From the NCBI GenBank assembly GCA_031555315.1, contig JAVBUO010000001.1:6275-70274 (forward strand): a DNA stretch of 64,000 bases. The letters run 5' to 3'. A model generated the notes under the pieces. It saw only the letters and a list, made by a program, of their open reading frames with translations. It did not search any database and had not been told where the DNA came from. This stretch comes from Acetobacteraceae bacterium (GTDB taxonomy: Bacteria; Pseudomonadota; Alphaproteobacteria; Acetobacterales; Acetobacteraceae). A program made the translations under genes and the position numbers. Shown piece by piece: positions 62,695 to 64,000 of this stretch (its first letter is position 1; the number at the start of each line of letters is the position of its first letter).

Positions 62695-64000
62695 ATGCCC
62701 GACCGTCAGCACCCGACGCCTGCCCAACCGACTCTGGATGAAAAATTCCTCGCGCGCGCATTGTCGGGGTTGCATTTCATCGGCGGGCGGTACGTGCCTG
62801 CAATCAGCGGCAAGACCTTCGCCGTCGTCAATCCCGCCACCGGCGACGAGATCGCGCGCGCCGCCGAGGGCGATGCGGAGGATGTGGAAAGTGCGGTCAG
62901 CAGTGCCGCCGCCGCGCAAAAAGACTGGGCGCGCACGCCCGCGCGCAAGCGCGGCGCGCTGGTATACCAATGCGCGGAGATCATTCGCGATCATGCCGAA
63001 GAACTCGCCCGGCTGATCGCGCTGGAAACCGGCAAGGCGCTGCGCACCGAAAGCCGCGTCGAGGCCAGCGTCGTTGCCGATATTTTCGAATTCTTCGGTG
63101 GTCTGGGCGGCGAACTGAAGGGCGAGAGCGTGCCCTTCGCGCCCGATGTGCTGTCCGTCACCGTGCGCGAACCGCTGGGCGTTGTGGGCGCGATCATCCC
63201 GTGGAACGTGCCGATGCTGCTGATGGCGTTGAAAGTTGCGCCCGCGCTGGTGGCCGGCAACACGGTGGTGGTGAAGTCGGCCGAGGAAGCGCCGCTCGCC
63301 GTGCTGCGCATCTGCGAACTGCTGAATCGCGTGCTGCCGGCAGGCTGCTTCAACATCCTGTCCGGCTTCGGCCCCGACTGCGGCGGGCCGCTGGTGGCGC
63401 ACAAACAGATCCGCAAGGTCACCTTCACCGGTTCGGTCGAGGTTGGCAAGATCGTCAGCAAGGCGGCGGCGGAAAAGCTGGTGCCGGTGACACTGGAGCT
63501 CGGCGGTAAGTCGCCGATGATCGTGTTCGCCGATTGCGACTTCGACAAGACCATCGCGGGGGCGCTCACCTCGATGCGGTTCACGCGACAGGGACAGTCC
63601 TGCACCGCCGCCAGCCGCATCTATGTCGAGCGCCCGATTTTCGACCGCTTCGTCGCGGCGATGGAAGCGCAGGTCAACGCGATGGTGATGGGCGACCCAT
63701 TGGACGAGCGAACCGATATCGGCACCATCATCAGTCCCGACCAGTTCGCCAAAGTGAAGGGTTTCATTGAAGACGGGCTGAAGACCGCAGGCGCCACGGG
63801 TCGCGCGTGCAGCGCCATGCCGAGCGATCCCGCCCTGAAAAAAGGCCTGTTCATCCAGCCGCACATCTTCACCGGCCTGACCAGGGACAGCCGCCTGGTG
63901 CGCGAGGAAATCTTCGGCCCCGTCACCTGCATCTTCCCGTTCGACAGTGCCGAGGACGTGCTGGCCGAGGCGAACGATAGCGAATACGGCCTCGCCGCCA
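62695..64000 (+). CDS. NAD(P)-dependent aldehyde dehydrogenase; 3' end runs off the right edge
   Basis: Absent from the ORF track because it has no stop in the window. Hand translation from ATG 62695 (AGAGAGGAA upstream) gives MPDRQHPT...IIPWNVPMLLMALKVAPALVAGNTVVVK...VTLELGGKSP...GQSCTAASR...EEIFGPV. The antisense ORF 62662..63864 is a shadow. Confidence 0.9.
   Translation, partial: MPDRQHPTPAQPTLDEKFLARALSGLHFIGGRYVPAISGKTFAVVNPATGDEIARAAEGDAEDVESAVSSAAAAQKDWARTPARKRGALVYQCAEIIRDHAEELARLIALETGKALRTESRVEASVVADIFEFFGGLGGELKGESVPFAPDVLSVTVREPLGVVGAIIPWNVPMLLMALKVAPALVAGNTVVVKSAEEAPLAVLRICELLNRVLPAGCFNILSGFGPDCGGPLVAHKQIRKVTFTGSVEVGKIVSKAAAEKLVPVTLELGGKSPMIVFADCDFDKTIAGALTSMRFTRQGQSCTAASRIYVERPIFDRFVAAMEAQVNAMVMGDPLDERTDIGTIISPDQFAKVKGFIEDGLKTAGATGRACSAMPSDPALKKGLFIQPHIFTGLTRDSRLVREEIFGPVTCIFPFDSAEDVLAEANDSEYGLAA

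Noticed and set aside
1-64000. Many very long ORFs in the track. Examples: 6501..8255 (-), 17735..19927 (-), 37782..39707 (-), 46003..48429 (-), 56139..59099 (+), 31126..32826 (+), 49598..51508 (+), 62662..63864 (-).
   Set aside because: Each lies antisense to, or out of frame with, a gene carrying clear family motifs. Their translations are Arg/Gly/His/Pro-rich with no recognisable domain. Such open shadow frames are expected in DNA of about 65% GC.
1-64000. Search for mobile elements, CRISPR arrays, tRNA/rRNA genes, integrases and prophage or defence islands.
   Set aside because: I saw no direct-repeat/spacer array, no transposase- or integrase-like ORF, no cloverleaf-like segment in the intergenic regions and no restriction or abortive-infection-type genes. 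The window reads as core chromosome.

Overview
GC-rich core-chromosome segment, about 60-67% GC in most 60-nt lines I hand-counted. Synteny looks alphaproteobacterial (rluD-rpoH, hisZ-purA, fixNOQP-GHIS-style cbb3 locus). The taxon cannot be proven from sequence alone.

I support about 75 genes, most in tightly coupled operons with ATGA or TGATG stop/start overlaps. Left to right:
- a truncated antiporter gene
- a CoxG/CoxD/CoxE/XdhC/MocA molybdo-enzyme maturation module with no structural enzyme genes
- a lipoprotein-MFS-oxidoreductase-RidA block and a CHAP amidase
- a complete cbb3 oxidase locus (ccoNOQP-ccoGHIS) with a perfect FNR/FixK box
- pxpABC, rluD and rpoH
- a membrane-anchored pseudokinase pair
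- purA-hisZ directly behind an MCP-less cheA-W-Y-B-R operon
- isoaspartyl peptidase, an ABC-F ATPase and MarR
- epmA/epmB/efp and suhB
- a three-gene MotA/MotB-like stator module, then upp
- an aldo/keto reductase relic and ygaP
- glcDEF, rpmJ and DUF533
- two tandem glycine-zipper/RGYY lipoproteins
- amidase-ggt, csaA (with a duplicated 3' stub), gpt and mntR
- an alpha/beta hydrolase, a CoA-transferase and a truncated aldehyde dehydrogenase

I found no tRNA/rRNA, CRISPR array, IS element, integrase or prophage. Many long ORFs in the track are antisense shadow ORFs typical of high-GC DNA. The track also uses GTG/TTG starts shown as M, so several starts are moved here to internal ATGs with Shine-Dalgarno support.

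Best candidates for undescribed biology:
1. The OmpA-like / MotA-like / coiled-coil MotB-like operon (44585-47673).
2. The tail-anchored pseudokinase plus small membrane protein (26209-28571).

Smaller curiosities: the csaA 3' duplication, an unannotated 59-codon ORF overlapping ccoS, a 43-codon Gly/Cys lipoprotein ORF, and a strongly AT-shifted DUF2189 gene.
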